From contig NC_057720.1 of NCBI RefSeq assembly GCF_004010195.1, positions 2,007,295 to 2,050,022 of the forward strand: a stretch of 42,728 bases of DNA, read 5' to 3'. The position numbers were made by a program, and so were the translations under genes. Below are positions 23,735 to 36,086 of the stretch, piece by piece. The stretch is from Chiloscyllium plagiosum (taxonomy: Eukaryota). The notes beneath the pieces were generated by a model that was not told where the DNA came from, ran no database searches, and worked only from the letters and a program-made list of their open reading frames with translations. The first letter of the stretch is position 1. Each line of letters begins with the position of its first letter.

Positions 23735-25475
23735 AAGGCAAATGGAATACTAGCATTTACTGCCAAAGGAATAGAGCATAAAAGTAGGGAGTGTTGCTGC
23801 AACTGTTAGAGTGAAGGATAAGAGTAGGGTACAATGAATGAATAAACATGTTGAGGTTCTAGTCAAGAATAAGGAAGAATCATATATTGGATATAGACAA
23901 CTTGGATCAAGTAAATCTCCTGAAGAGAATAAAGAGTGTAGGGGCGTTCTTAGGAAGTAAGTCAGGAGAGCAAAGAGGGAATACAAGATAGGCTTGGCAG
24001 AAAAGGACAAGGATAATCCAAAGAATTCTACTAGTACATAAAGAGCAAAAGATCAACTAAAGAGAGAATAGGGCCCTTTAAAGATCAACGAGATTGTCCG
24101 TGTATTGAACTTCTGGAGATGGGTTTTATGTAATATGTCCCTGAAAGTTACCACCCAGATTGATAGAGTTGTTAAGAAGGCGTACAGTGTGTTAGCTTTT
24201 ATTGGTAGAGGGATTGAGTTTTGGAACCATGAGATCATGCTGCAGCTGCACAAAACTCTGGTGTGGCCGCACTTGGAGTATTGCGTACAGTTCTGGTCAC
24301 CGCATTATAGGAAGGATGTGGAAGCTTTGGAAAGGGTTCAGAGGAGATTTACCAGGATGTTGCCTGGTATGGAAGGAAGGTCTTATGAGGAAAGGCTGAG
24401 TGACTTAAGGCTGTTTTCATTAGAGCGAAGAAGGTTAAGAGGTGACTTAATTGAGACTTTACAATAATTTCAGGGTTAGATATGGTGGACAGTGAGAGCC
24501 TTTTTCCTCAGACAGTGATAGCTAGCATGAGGGGACATTGCTTTAAATTGAGGAGTGATAGATATAGGACAGATGTCTTTACTCAGAGCAGTAGAGATGT
24601 GAAACACACTGCCTGCAACAGTCATAGACTCGCCAACTTTAAGGGCATTTAAATGGTCATTGGATAAACATAAGAATGAGAATGGAATAGTGTAGGATAG
24701 ATGGGCTTCAGATTGGTTCCATAGGTCAATGCAATATTGAGGGCTGAAGGGCCTGTACTGTGTTATAATGTTCTATGTTTTATGTGTGAGTCGAACTGCC
24801 AGAAGATGTGGTGGATGTTAGTGCAGTGGCATTTGATAGTTCAGTTTAGGAACATTATTGGTGTGGACCTGTTGGACCAAAGGGTCTGTTTCCATGACGT
24901 ATGACTTTATGATTCTATGACTTTCTAACTGTACAACACATCAGTGAGACTGCATCCGGAGTACCGCAGACAATGTGATTCCCTAACTTGAGGAAGATTT
25001 TCATTTTTTGGAGGTTCACTGGATTGATCCCAGAGATGAGGGATTTGTCCTTCTGAAGACAAATTGAGCAGTTTAGGCTGATCCTCTCCGGAGTTTAGAA
25101 GAATGAGAGGAGATTTAATTGAGGTGTACAGGATGCTAAAGGGAATTGACAAAATAGATGTGGCGATGTTTCCCCATGTGGGACAATCTAGAATGAGAGG
25201 TCATAGTTTTCAGATAAGGGGTAGTAAATTTAAAACAGAGACAAGGAGAAATAACTTTTCTCAATGGGTCATCTCTGGAATTCACTCCCTCAGAGCGCAG
25301 TGGACGTTGGGACATGGAGTTGATTCAAGGAGGAGATAGGCAGGTTTTTAATTCATAAGGGGTTGAAAGGGCAGGCAAATGGAGTTGAATCCAAGATGAG
25401 CTCAGTCATGATCGTATCAAATGGCAGAGCAGGCTTGAAGGGCTGAATGGCCTCCTCCTGCTCCTAGTTCTTATC
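23735..25475 (+). mobile_element. Nested CR1 LINE fragments (best preserved 24128-24785)
   Basis: KTLVWPHLEYCVQFWSPHYRKDVEALERVQRRFTRMLPG; RGDLIEVYRMLKGIDK; several 3' tails. Confidence 0.85.
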
Positions 25476-25659
25476 TGAAATATCTTAATTAGCTCAACTC
25501 AGGGGAATATAGTCTAGCCCAAATAGTTTTCCCTCTCAGTTCAGCCCTGGTGATAAACTTCCTTTAGATGTTCCCTAAGGCCAAAATGTCCTACCAATGT
25601 GCCTCACATTGATGACTGGACTGGACTCAAAATACTAAGGTTTAGTTAGAGTTTTATAG

Positions 25660-25898
25660 CGAGAGGGTGTGAGTGAGAAAGTGAGTGAGAGGCAGAATGA
25701 GTGTAAGGGACAGAGTGAGACAGAGAGTGTGTGAGAGAAAGTGATTATGAGAGAGTGTGATGGGATTAGAGAATATGTGAGAGACTGTGAAAGAGAGTGA
25801 GAGAAAGCAACAGAGATAGAGAATACAAGTGAGTGAGCTGGATAATGTGTGTGAAAGTTGTGTTGGAAAGTGAGAAGGTGTAAGAGAAAGAGAGAGGG
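25660..25898 (+). repeat. Degenerate (GA/GT)n purine-rich low-complexity tract
   Basis: GAGAGGGTGTGAGTGAGAAAGTGAGTGAGA... Confidence 0.75.
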
Positions 25899-26199
25899 TT
25901 TTAGCCAGAATTTCATTATATTCTATCCAGCAATTGATAAAGGTGAACATCCTACAGATCTTTCTAATAATTTTTATATCTATCCTCTCGTGTTTAAAGA
26001 TTTCTATGTGTGGATCTGATAATGTATGATGACTGTCACTGTTATGAAAATCCTAGGGTGCCTGGTCTTTAATTTGACAATGGGTGGTCTCAAATTTCCT
26101 TAAATTCAACTCTGCCACTCAGTTCATTAAATCAAGAATATCTTCTGTCAAAAAATATTTGGTAAAATTGAAATTAATGCAATTGGCTTAACTAGGAGC

Positions 26200-27555
26200 T
26201 CAGATTAAAAAGGGAACAGTGAGCCACTCTCCTTGATTTTTTTTTAAAATCTCTCCTATAAATCTGGTTTCTTTAAACCCAAAGGAAAATAAACTGACAG
26301 AAAAGTTTCTTTTTAAAAATGGCGTCTGTTGGTGTCCCTGTGGGAGCTGGGGCTGAATAACTGATGAGGGGTGAGTTTAAAAATCTGCTTTACTGACCAC
26401 TGCAGCTCCTGGCCAGCAGCTTCAGAGAACCACAAGTTCCACATCTGGAAGCAAACACCAGCCTCTCTAAAGGGTCACCTCTACTGTTGGGACCGAGGAA
26501 AAGTTCTGGGGCTTTCTTTCTGAGTCCCTTTGACACGCTGTCAGAACTGCCCTCCCCCCCCCCATTACCCCGTCGGCTGCAAACAGCTGCTGCTGATTAA
26601 CCCCCCCCCCCTACTCCAACCCCACAGGAAATCTGAAGGGTGGGGGGAGGCTGGAAGCTTTCTTCAGGAGCACATCAAGCCCCCAGTGTCCTCCACATTT
26701 AACGCGACCCATCAATAGCTACATTCCATTCAGTGGTTGCACCAGACTATACACACACACACAGAGACAATAACACAGGGATTCGGAGCAGCATGGTAAA
26801 TCCTCACCCCCTTCTCTCTGCTGCAGAGACACTAAGGGAGGGGGGGGTGCAGCGATGGAGGAGGAGGAGGGGGGTGTAAAGGGAAAGGATTGGGGCTGGT
26901 GGATTGTAACAGAAAGTCTGTATTGTTACAGGGAGCCGACAGCTGATTGCAACAATCCGCCTTTCAGTGAAAGAATGCTAGCTCTCCCCGTGAAGCTGCT
27001 TTGCATCTCCCACCTCCACACCAGCCTGAAACACACACATAAACATGGAAAACCATCTGCTTTAAAGGGTTAATTTCCTACCGAACACTGAATCGTGCAG
27101 TTCTGCTTTCCGTCCCATTGCTATCCGCTGCTGATTGTATTCACTCTCAGTCTGTCTGCCTGTGTGTCTCTCCTCCGCCAGGATTAACAGCGCTCAGTGT
27201 TTATGTCTCAGACCCTGCTCTCCCCCTCCCCTCGCCACTCTCCCTCAGCCAGCTAATCCCCAACGTCAGAGCATCACTTCTTCTGAAGTGCAAAGCGTCA
27301 TCTAGTGTATGGGTGAGAGAGGGGCTGGAAGCTCACAGTGTGAGTCTGAATAAAGCAGAGAGACAGATAGACAAAAGGAGATTTGGGGTTGCAGGCGAGA
27401 ACCGGATTTTGCAATCGGTAATAGGGGGAAATTGTTGTCAGGAATTCACGACGGGCCCGTTTGGAAAACTGGGAAAGGATTTTGTTGAGTAATGCGCATC
27501 CAAGCAATTTGCATTTCTCTAGCGCCTATCAGAATGTCCTGAAGCAGTTGGCGTT
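26200..27555. promoter_or_regulatory. Putative promoter / 5' gene region
   Basis: About 1.3 kb with no recognisable TE; more CpG than the flanks, G/C homopolymer runs, (CA)n, CCCCCTCCCC boxes. Confidence 0.45.
27082..27290 (-). other. Candidate first exon of an unidentified minus-strand gene (ATG 27118, MGRKAELHDSVF, phase 1); 5' boundary unknown
   Basis: GCAATGG Kozak context, upstream in-frame stop, donor TCG|GTAGGA at 27081. Confidence 0.35.
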
Positions 27556-27561
27556 TTTCAA

Positions 27562-27910
27562 GAATCATAGAGATGTACAGCACGGAAACAGACTCTTTGG
27601 TCCAACTCATCCAGATATCCTAAACTAATCTAGTTCCATTTGCCAGCAGTTGGTCATTATCCCTCTAAACCCTTCCTATTCATATACCCATCCAGATGTC
27701 TGTTAAATGTTGCAATTGTACCAGCCTCCACCACTTCCTCTGGCAACGCATTCCATACACGCACCACCCCATCTGTGTGAAAATGTTGCCCCTTAGGCCC
27801 CTTTAAAATCTTTCCCCTCTCATCTCAAACCAATGCCCTCTAGTTCTGGACTCCCCCACCCCAGAGAAAAGACCTTCACTGTTCACCCTATCCATGCCCC
27901 TCATGATTTC
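27562..27910 (-). mobile_element. CR1 3' fragment
   Basis: AGAATCATAGAGATGTACAGCACGGAAACAGAC...CACCCTATCCATGCCCCTCATGATTT. Confidence 0.85.
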
Positions 27911-27954
27911 TTGAAGTGTAAGCCGCTGCTGCAATAGATGCACCTTAGTCAGCA

Positions 27955-28115
27955 TCCAGGGAACAGGAGAATCGCCGTTTCGGGCATAAGCCCTTCTTCA
28001 GGAAGGGCTTATGCCCGAAACGTCGATTCTCCTGTTCCCTGGATGCTGCCTGACCTGCTGCGCTGTTCCAGCAACCCATTTTCAGCTCTGATCTCCAGCA
28101 TCTGCAGACCTCACT
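27955..28115. mobile_element. Palindromic mini Penelope-like insertion (family A) with 16-bp TSD
   Basis: TGCACCTTAGTCAGCA at 27939-27954 and 28116-28131; inverted arms centred on CTTCTTCAGGAAG. Confidence 0.8.
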
Positions 28116-28431
28116 TGCACCTTAGTCAGCACAGAGCAAGATCCCACAGAGTGTTAGGCTAAATGAACTCATGCCTCAACACTACTTTCAGTGACGATGA
28201 TACAGGAACCAGGATTGACCCAGGACAGGGTGGACAATACCCTTGCTCTGCCTCCAAATAGTCCCATTAGATTATTTCCATCCATTTAAGGGAGCAGCAC
28301 CCCACCTGCATGGGGCCATGGATAGAGATACCCTCTCCACCATTCCTTCAGATGGAAATCGAAGAGCTCTCAGTCATTATTTGAAAAAGGAGCAGGAGGG
28401 TTCACCCTAGTGTTCTGGCCAATACCTTTCC

Positions 28432-28748
28432 ATTAGATTAGATTCCCTACAGTGTGGAAACAGGCCCTTCAGCCCAACCAGTCCACACTGACCCTCCGAA
28501 GAGTATCCCAGCCAGACCCATTTCCCCTCTGACTAATGCACCTAACACTAGAGACAATTTAACATGGCCAATTCACCTGACCTGCACATCTTTGGACTGT
28601 GGGAGGAAACCGGAGCACCCAGAGGAAACCCACACAGACACGGAGTGAATGCGCAAACTCCACACAGACAGTCACCCAAGGCTAGAATCGAACCTGGGAC
28701 CCTGGTGCTGTGAGGCAGCAGTGCTAACCACTGAGCCACCATGCTACC
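28432..28748 (-). mobile_element. HE1-type V-SINE, full length
   Basis: Complete head, V-domain and tail. Confidence 0.88.
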
Positions 28749-28774
28749 CTAAATAGCTGGGAAAGGAGTGACAT

Positions 28775-29070
28775 TTAGATTAGATTCCCAATAGTATGGA
28801 AACAGGCCCTTCAGCCCAACCAGTCCACACCAACCCTCCGAAGAGTAACCCATCCAGACCCATTTCCCTCTGACTGATGCACCTACCACTATGGGCAATT
28901 TAACATGGCCTATTCACCTGACCTGCACATCTTTGGACTGTGGGAGGAAACCCACGCAGACATGGGGAGAATGTGCAAACTCCACACAGACAGTCACCCA
29001 AGGCTGGAATCAAACCTGGGTCCCTAGCGCTGTGAGGCAGCAGTGCTAACCAATGAGCCAAGATGCTGCC
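28775..29070 (-). mobile_element. HE1-type V-SINE, tandem with the previous copy
   Basis: Same consensus with a short internal deletion. Confidence 0.85.
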
Positions 29071-29482
29071 CAATAGCATTGCTAAAATGATAAAGTGCTC
29101 AGTATCACTCTGCTGTTTGTGGGAGCTTGCTGTGCACAAATTAGTTGCTGTGCTTTCTCCATTACAGAAGGGAAACCACTTTAAATTCTAATTTTTTGTG
29201 GTATGCGTTTGGGTTTCTGAGGTTTATACATACAAGTGCTTCCTTGCCAGCAGGAGGGTCAGTAATGGGAAGGACACAGTGTGAAGACCATTGGGGAAAG
29301 CCCCAGAGAGGGAGATGAGGGAGATGGTTTTCCACACGGAGTTGTTGCTGCCTGAAAAGGCAATGGGAGCAGTTTCAGTATTAACTTTCAAAAGGGAATT
29401 GGGGAAATATTGTAACAGAAGCAAAAAATGAAGAGCCAAAGGAAAGGAGCTAGAGACTGGGACTAATTGGTTAGTTCTTTCA

Positions 29483-30587
29483 AAGGAGGAGGTGAGGACT
29501 GCACATGCTGGAGATCAGAGTCGAAAAGTGTGGTGCTGAAAAAGCACAGCAGGTCAGGCAGCATCCGAGGAGCAGGAGAGTCGGTGTTTCGGGCAAAAGC
29601 CCTTCATCAGGAATCAGGGTGGCCCAAGGAGGCTGAGAGATAAATGGGAGGGGTGGGGGGGTGTGGCTGTGGGGAAGCCAGCTGGGAATGCGATAGGTCA
29701 ATGAAGGTGGGGTTGATGGTGATAGGTCGGAGAGGAGGGTGGAGCAAATAGGTGGGAAGGAAGATGGACAGGTAGGATAGTTCCAGAGGGCAATGCCAAG
29801 TTGGAAGGTTGGATCTGGGATAAGGTGGGAGGAGGGGAAATGAGGAAACTAGTGAAATCGACATTGATGCCGTGTGTTTGGAGGGTCCCAAGGTGGATGA
29901 TGAGGTGTTCTTCCTCCGGGTGTCAGGTGGTTAGGGTTTAGAGATGGGGGAGACCCAGGACCTGCATGTTCCTGGCGGAGTGGGAGGGAGAGTTAAAGTT
30001 TTCAGCCACGGGGCGGTGGGGTTGTTTAATGCATGTGTCCCGGAGATGTTCTCTGAAACATTCCACAAGTAGGCATCCTGTCTCCCCAATGTAGGGGAGA
30101 CCACATCGAGAGCAACGGACAGAGTAGACGATTTATGCTTTTCCAGCACCACACTCTCGACTCTGATCTCCAGCATCTGCAGTCCTCACTTTCTCCTCAG
30201 TAATTATAACCTTACTGTGAAGCCTCTTCCAAGGATGCCCACCTTGAAGAAGTTCTTCTCCTTGTCGTAAAAGGATCTCAGTGAGTCTTACTCTCTCACT
30301 GCACCCAGGTTATCTCCTCTGCCCTGAAGCTCTTCAGCCACATCCTGAAGCAGATGCCCTACCACAGCCAAATCTCCTTCCTCAGCGCCTGTCTATGCAA
30401 CCGACTGATCCCGCAGGGACTCTGGTATACATTCAGACCATCACAATTTGGACCACCTTCCTAATGAAGAGCTTATGCTCAAAATGTCGACTCTCCTGCT
30501 CCTAGGATGCTGCCTGCTCTGCTGTGTTTTTCCAGCACCACACTTTCCACTCTGATCTCCAGCATTTGCAGTCCTCACTTTCTCCCT
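29483..30587. mobile_element. Rearranged Penelope-like element (family A): inverted pLTR plus GIY-YIG remnant (-), then pLTR tail, ORF N-terminus and pLTR (+)
   Basis: Minus ~30130-29950: VYSVRCSRCGLPYIGETG..FREHLRD..HRPVAENFNSPSHS; plus ~30306-30456: HSQISFLSACLCNRLIPQGL. Confidence 0.8.
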
Positions 30588-30825
30588 CAATGATGGGCAG
30601 TATGGCTTCCTTCTGTGCTGTATCAATCTAACAGCATGGCATTACCATCGCTCTTATTTTCTGCTTAGTCATGTGACCAAAACCTTGGTCAAACAACTAG
30701 GTTTTGCAGAGTGCTCTAAATTATGAAGCATGATGTAGGGAAATGGAGAGCAGTGGGCTCATTATTGCCAAGCCTAACGCATCATCAACTGAAGACATAA
30801 CGCCAACAGTGGAGTTAGTAAAACT

Positions 30826-30978
30826 GGAGAGCCGATGTTTTGGGCATTCCTGATGAAGGGCTTATGCCCGAAATGTCAACTCTCCTGCTCCTCGGATGCT
30901 GCGCCTGACCCACTGAGTTTTTCAAGCACCACCCTTTTTGACTCTGATCGCCAGCATCTGCAGTCCTCCCTTTCTCTA
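30826..30978 (+). mobile_element. PLE family A terminal repeat with short inverted 5' arm and hammerhead motif
   Basis: CTGATGA(30850-56)-A-GGGC-TTAT-GCCC-GAAA-TGTC; preceded by inverted GAGAGCCGATGTTTTGGGCAT. Confidence 0.75.
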
Positions 30979-31297
30979 AGTCACTAAAACTGAGGATATG
31001 CACATGGCCGGACTTAGAGAGTGCTGATGTCTCAGAGATTGTGTGGCTACAGGAGATGGCAGAGATAGAGAGGGATTTGAGGAGAAATTTAATATCAGAA
31101 TATTTCTTGACTGGAACCCACAGTGAGGACCGTGAGGATGTGCAGGAGAGTTTGAGGAAAGGGACTTGGTGTGGGTTAAGACAACGGCAGCAGAATTTAT
31201 GTTGATCTCAAGTTACTGTCCCGCGTGTAACTCTAATTGTCAAGGGTTGAGATCTTTCTTCTTTCCTGAAGAAGGGTTATACCTGAAACATCGACTT

Positions 31298-31530
31298 TTT
31301 AGAATCATAGAACGCCTACAGTGTGGAAACAGGCCCTTCAGCCCAGCAAGTCCACACCGACCCTCTGAAGAATAATCCACCCATACCTATTACTCTACAT
31401 TGATCCCTGACTAATTCACCTAACCTTTGGATTGTTGAAGGAAACCGGAGCACCCGGAGGAAACCCATACAGACACGGGGAGAATGTGCAAACTCCACAC
31501 AGACAGTCACCTGAGGCTGGAATTGAACTC
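31298..31530 (-). mobile_element. HE1-type V-SINE
   Basis: Tail and V-domain. Confidence 0.8.
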
Positions 31531-31657
31531 TTATTTCTTATTATTCTATGTTTATTTTAACCATTTTCCTGCCGTATCCTTCAAGTTTGTGTTGTTTCAG
31601 GAGAGGGGGAATGCAGCCCATTGCCGGGGAATGACAGAAGATCATGCTTTTATTGGG

Positions 31658-31752
31658 TTCTGGATCAGGAATGCTGCCTGAACTGCTGTGCTTTTCCAGC
31701 ACCACTCTAATCCAGAATCTGGTCTCCAGCATCTGCAGTCATTGTTTTTACT
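31658..31752 (+). mobile_element. Tiny PLE family A tail insertion with 14-bp TSD
   Basis: ATGCTTTTATTGGG at 31644-31657 and 31753-31766. Confidence 0.75.
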
Positions 31753-31947
31753 ATGCTTTTATTGGGGCCCAAAGTATCGAAGGTTGGAGGTGGGAGTGTT
31801 ATTGAGAAACTCGGGCTGTGGCTGAACCGGAGTGACTGCATGTGTAGTGGCTCCCACCCCTCCTCCTCCTCAAATCAAAAATAAAACCCTGTGTTAGGGT
31901 TGGTAAGGTAAGTCTCAATCTCTTTTGGCAATTTCGAACAGAGGAGA

Positions 31948-32900
31948 TTGGAGGCTAGGGAAGTTTTATGTTTCTCTTGCAGGATGTGGGAGATAAGGGT
32001 CACCACTAAAGTCCCTGTTGACTTCGTCTGCGAGAAGTGCGCCCAACTCCAGCTCCTCACAGATCACGTTAGGGAACTGGAGCTGGAGTTGGATGAACTT
32101 CAGCTCATTTGGGAAGCTGAGGGGGTGATAGAGGGGAATTATAGAGAGGCAGTCACACCTAAGTTACAGGATAAAGGTAACTGGGTGACCATCAGGAGAG
32201 GGAAAGGGAACAGGCAGACAGTGCTGGGATCCCCTGTGGCTGTTCCCCTCAATAAAAAGTACACCATTTTGGATACTGTTGTGGGGAGGACCTACCAGGG
32301 GAAAGCAACAGTGGTCAGGTCTCTCGTACTGAGCCTGGCTCTGTGGCTCAGAAGGGAAGGGGGGAGAATAGGAGAATGATAATGATAGGAGAGTCAATGG
32401 TGAGAGGAACAGACAGGAGATTCTATGGTTGAGAGCAAGACTCCTGGATGGTATGTTGCTTCCCAGATGCCAGGATCAGGGATGTCTTGGATTGAGCCCA
32501 CAGGATTCTTAAAAGGGAGGGAGAGCAGCCAGAGGTCGTGGTACATATTGGTACCAATTACAGAGGTAGGGAAAGGGAGGGCGACCTGAAAAGGGAATAT
32601 AGGGAGTTAGGTTGGAACCTAAAAGGCAGGACGAGCAGAGTAGTAATCTCAAGATTGCTACTGGTGCCACGGGCAAATGAGACTAGGAATAGAAAGTGAG
32701 TGCAGATGAACACATGGCTGCAGAGCTGGGGTAGGAGGGAGGGCTTCAGATATGTGGATCATTGGGGTACCTACTGGAGAAGGTGGGACCTGTATAAGCA
32801 CAATGGGTTGCACCTGAACTGGAGGGGCACCAATATCCTGGGTAGGAGCGGGAGAGTTTACACTAGATTGGCAGGGGATTGGGAACCAAAACTCCGGAAC
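31948..32900 (+). pseudogene. CR1 ORF1 (zinc finger / leucine zipper plus SGNH esterase), frameshifted
   Basis: CFSC-x14-CEKC, LQLLTDHVRELELELDEL; IGESMVRG (GDS block I, mutated), VHIGTN (block III), NGLHLN (block V). Confidence 0.8.
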
Positions 32901-32989
32901 AGATGATGGAGTAGGTAGTGAATGGACAGAGTGCAGACAGTCTGTGAGGAGGGATAGGCAATTGATAGGACCAAAGTGCAGTCAGCGTG

Positions 32990-35750
32990 ATGGGTTGAAG
33001 TGTGTCAATTTTAATGAAAGAAGTATCAGGAATAAGAGTGACTTAGATACTTTTATTGAACTTAGAGCATGGATCAGTACTAGGAACTACGATGTTGTAT
33101 CCATTACAAAGACATGGCTATCACAGGTGCAGGAATGGTTGTTGGATGTTCCAGGGTTTAGATGTTTCAAAAGGAGTAGGGGGGAGGTAAAAGAGGTGGA
33201 GGAGTGACATTGCTAATCAGGAACAGTATAATAGCTGCAGAAAGGGAGATCATCAAGGATGGTCTGTCCACAGAGTCAGTACAGGTGGAAGTCAGAAACA
33301 GGAAAGTAGCAGTCACATTATTGAGAGTTTTCTATAAACTCTCCAATAGCAACAGACACACAGAGGAGCAGATTGGGAGGCAGGTTTTGGAAAGGTGCAG
33401 AAGTAACAGGGTTGTTGTCATAGGTGGCTTCACCTTCCCTAATATTGATTGGAACCTCCTTAGTTCAAATAGTTTGAATGGAGCAGTTTCTGTCAAGTGT
33501 GACCAGGAAGGAGTCCTGACTCAATATGCAGATAGGCTGACTAAAGGGGAGGGAGGACATATTGGATTTGGTGCTTGGCAATGAACTAGGTCAGGTGTCA
33601 GATCTCTTGGTGGAAGAGCATTTCGGTGACAGTGATCACAACTCCCTGACCTTTACTAAACTCATGGAGAGGGATAGGAGTAGACGGTATGGGAAAGTAT
33701 TTAATTGGGGGAGAGTGAATGACAATGCTATTAGGCAGGAACTGGGGCACCTAAATTGGAAACAGATTTTCTCAGGGAAATGCATGACAGAAATGTGGAG
33801 GCTGTTTAGGAAGCCCTTGCTGATAGTGCTGGACAGGTTTGTCCCATTGAGGCAAGGAAGGGATGGTAGGGTGAAGGAACCTTGGGTGACAAGGGATGTG
33901 CAACATCAAGTCAGGAGGAAGAAGGAAGCTTACTTAAGGTTGAGGAAGCAAGGATCAGACAGGGCTATACATGGTTACAAGGAAGAATGGACTTAGGATA
34001 GCTAGGAGGGGTCATGAAAAAGCTTTAGTGGATAGAATTAAGGAAAACCCTAAAGTGTTCCAACATTTAACTGAGGAACAAGAGGATGTCCAGAGTGAGG
34101 GTAAGGCCGATCAGAGATAGTGGAGGGAACTTACACCTGGAGTCAGAGGAGGTAGGGGAGGTCCTTAATGAATACTTTGCTTCAGTATTCACTACTGAGA
34201 GGGACCTTGAAACAGGTTGATATGCTCAAACGGGTTGATGTTAAGACCGAGGATATGCTGAAAAATTTGAAAAACATAAGAATAGCTAAGTCCCCTGGCC
34301 AGATGGGATATACCCTAAGTTACTACAGGAAGTGAGGAAGAGATTGCTGCACCTATGGCTATGATCTTTGCATCTTCACTGTCCACTGGAATAGTGCCAG
34401 ATGATTGGAAGGTGGCAAATGTTATTGCCTTGTTCATGAAAGTGAATAGGGATAATCCTGGGAATAACAGACCTGTCAGTCTTATGTCAGTGATGGGCAA
34501 AGTATTGAAGAGGATTCTGAGAGACAGGATTTATGTTGCTTTGAAAAGCATAGTTTGATTAAAGATAGTCAGCATGGCTTTGTGAAGGTTAGGTCATGCC
34601 TCACAAACCTTACTGAATTATTTGAGGATGTGACAAAACACATTGATGAAGGGAGAGCAGTGGCTGTGGTGTACATGGACTTTAGCAAGGCTTTTGAGAA
34701 GGTTCTCCATGGTAGGCTCATTCAGAAAGTAAGGAGGCATGGGATACAGGGAAACCTGTCCATCTGGATACAAAATTGGCTGGCCCATAGAAGGCAGAGG
34801 GTGATGGCAGAGGCAAAGTATTCAGCCCGGAGCCTGGTGACCAGTGGTGTTCTGCAAGGATTGGTTCTGGGACCTCTGCTCTTTGTGATTTTTATAAAGG
34901 ACTTGGATGAGGCAGTGGAAGGCTGGGTTAATAAGTTTGCCAGTGACACAAAGGTTGGTGGAGTTGTGGATGGTGTGGAGGGCTGTTGTAGGTTGCAACA
35001 GGATATTGATAGGATGCAGAGCCAGGCTGAGAAGTGGCAGATGGATTTCAACCTCGAAAATTGTGAAGTGATTCACTTTGGAAGGTTGAATTTGAATGCG
35101 GAATACAGGGTTAAAGGCAGGCTTCTTGGCAGTGTGGAGGAATAGAGGGATCTTGGAATCCATGTCCATAGATCCCTCAAAGTTGCCACCCAAGTTGATA
35201 GGGTTGTTAACAAGGCGTATGGCGTGTTGGCTTCATTAGCAGGGGATTGAGTTGTAAGAGCTGCGAGGTTATGCTGCAGCTCAGTAAAGCCCTGGTTAGA
35301 CCACACGTGGAATATTGTGTTCACTTCTGGTCCCCTCGTTATAGGAAGAATGTGGAAGTTTTAGAGACGGTGCAGAGGAGATTTACCAGGGTGCTGTCTG
35401 GACTGGAGGGCATGTCTTATGAAGAAGGGTTGAGGGAGCTAGGGCTTTTCCAATTGGAGCAAAAAAGGATGAGGGGTGACTTGATAGAGGTGTACAAGAT
35501 GATGAGAGGCATAGATAGAGTGGATAGCCAGAGATCTTTTTTTCCCAGGGTAGAAATGGCTATAATGAGGAGGCATAATTTTAAGATGATTGGAGGAAGG
35601 TTTAGGGGAGATGTCAGAAGTAGGTTCATTACACAGAGAGTGGTGGGCGCGTGGAATGAACTGCCAGCAGTGGTAGTAGAATCAGAGACATTAGGGACAT
35701 TTAAGCGACTCTTTAGGCACATGGATGGTAGTAAAATGAAGGGTGTATAG
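32990..35750 (+). pseudogene. CR1 ORF2 (APE endonuclease plus reverse transcriptase), disrupted
   Basis: NERSIRNK, GFTFPNIDW, SDHN, RPVSLMSV, SQHGFVK, YMDFSKAF, SGVLQGLVLGPLLF, KFASDTK (FADD mutated); many stops and frameshifts. Confidence 0.9.
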
Positions 35751-35871
35751 GTTAGTCTGATCTCAGAGTGGAATAGAAGGACTGCACAATATTAAGGGCC
35801 GAAAGTCCTGTACTGTGCTGTACTGCTCTATGTTCCAGTAGCTGTGGAGATCTTGAAAGGACTTGTAGCAA

Positions 35872-36086
35872 AGGTTGAGGTTCTGGATGTGAGTTTGCTC
35901 ACTGAACTGGAAGGTTTGGTTTTAGATGTTTCATTACCATACTAGGTAACATCATTAGTGAGCCTCCGGTGAAGCGCTGGTGTTAAGTCCCACTTTCTAT
36001 TTATGTGTTTAGGTTTCCAGTTCCTAGTATGGTGATGAAACATCTGAAACGGATCCTTCCAGCTCAGTGAGCAAGCTCACATCCAG
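35872..36086. mobile_element. Palindromic PLE terminal-repeat remnant (family D)
   Basis: CTGGATGTGAGTTTGCTCACTGA...TTTCATTACCATACTAGG inverted with CCTAGTATGGTGATGAAAC...TCAGTGAGCAAGCTCACATCCAG. Confidence 0.75.

Larger units (their letters stand above)
31780..35835 (+). mobile_element. Near full-length decayed CR1 LINE (5' boundary uncertain)
   Basis: Collinear ORF1, APE, RT and 3' tail CCTGTACTGTGCTGTACTGCTCTATGTTC. Confidence 0.9.

Noticed and set aside
25635..25950. Ser/Leu/His-rich ORFs
   Set aside because: They are artefacts of a GA/GT low-complexity tract.
26855..27492. Plus-strand ORFs of 72 and 124 aa
   Set aside because: They have no recognisable domain and cross low-complexity, promoter-like sequence.
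28680..28748. tRNA genes at SINE heads
   Set aside because: The A/B boxes belong to tRNA-derived SINEs and no complete cloverleaf is evident.
34555..35750. Functional reverse transcriptase gene
   Set aside because: The catalytic FADD is mutated to FASD, with multiple stops and frameshifts.
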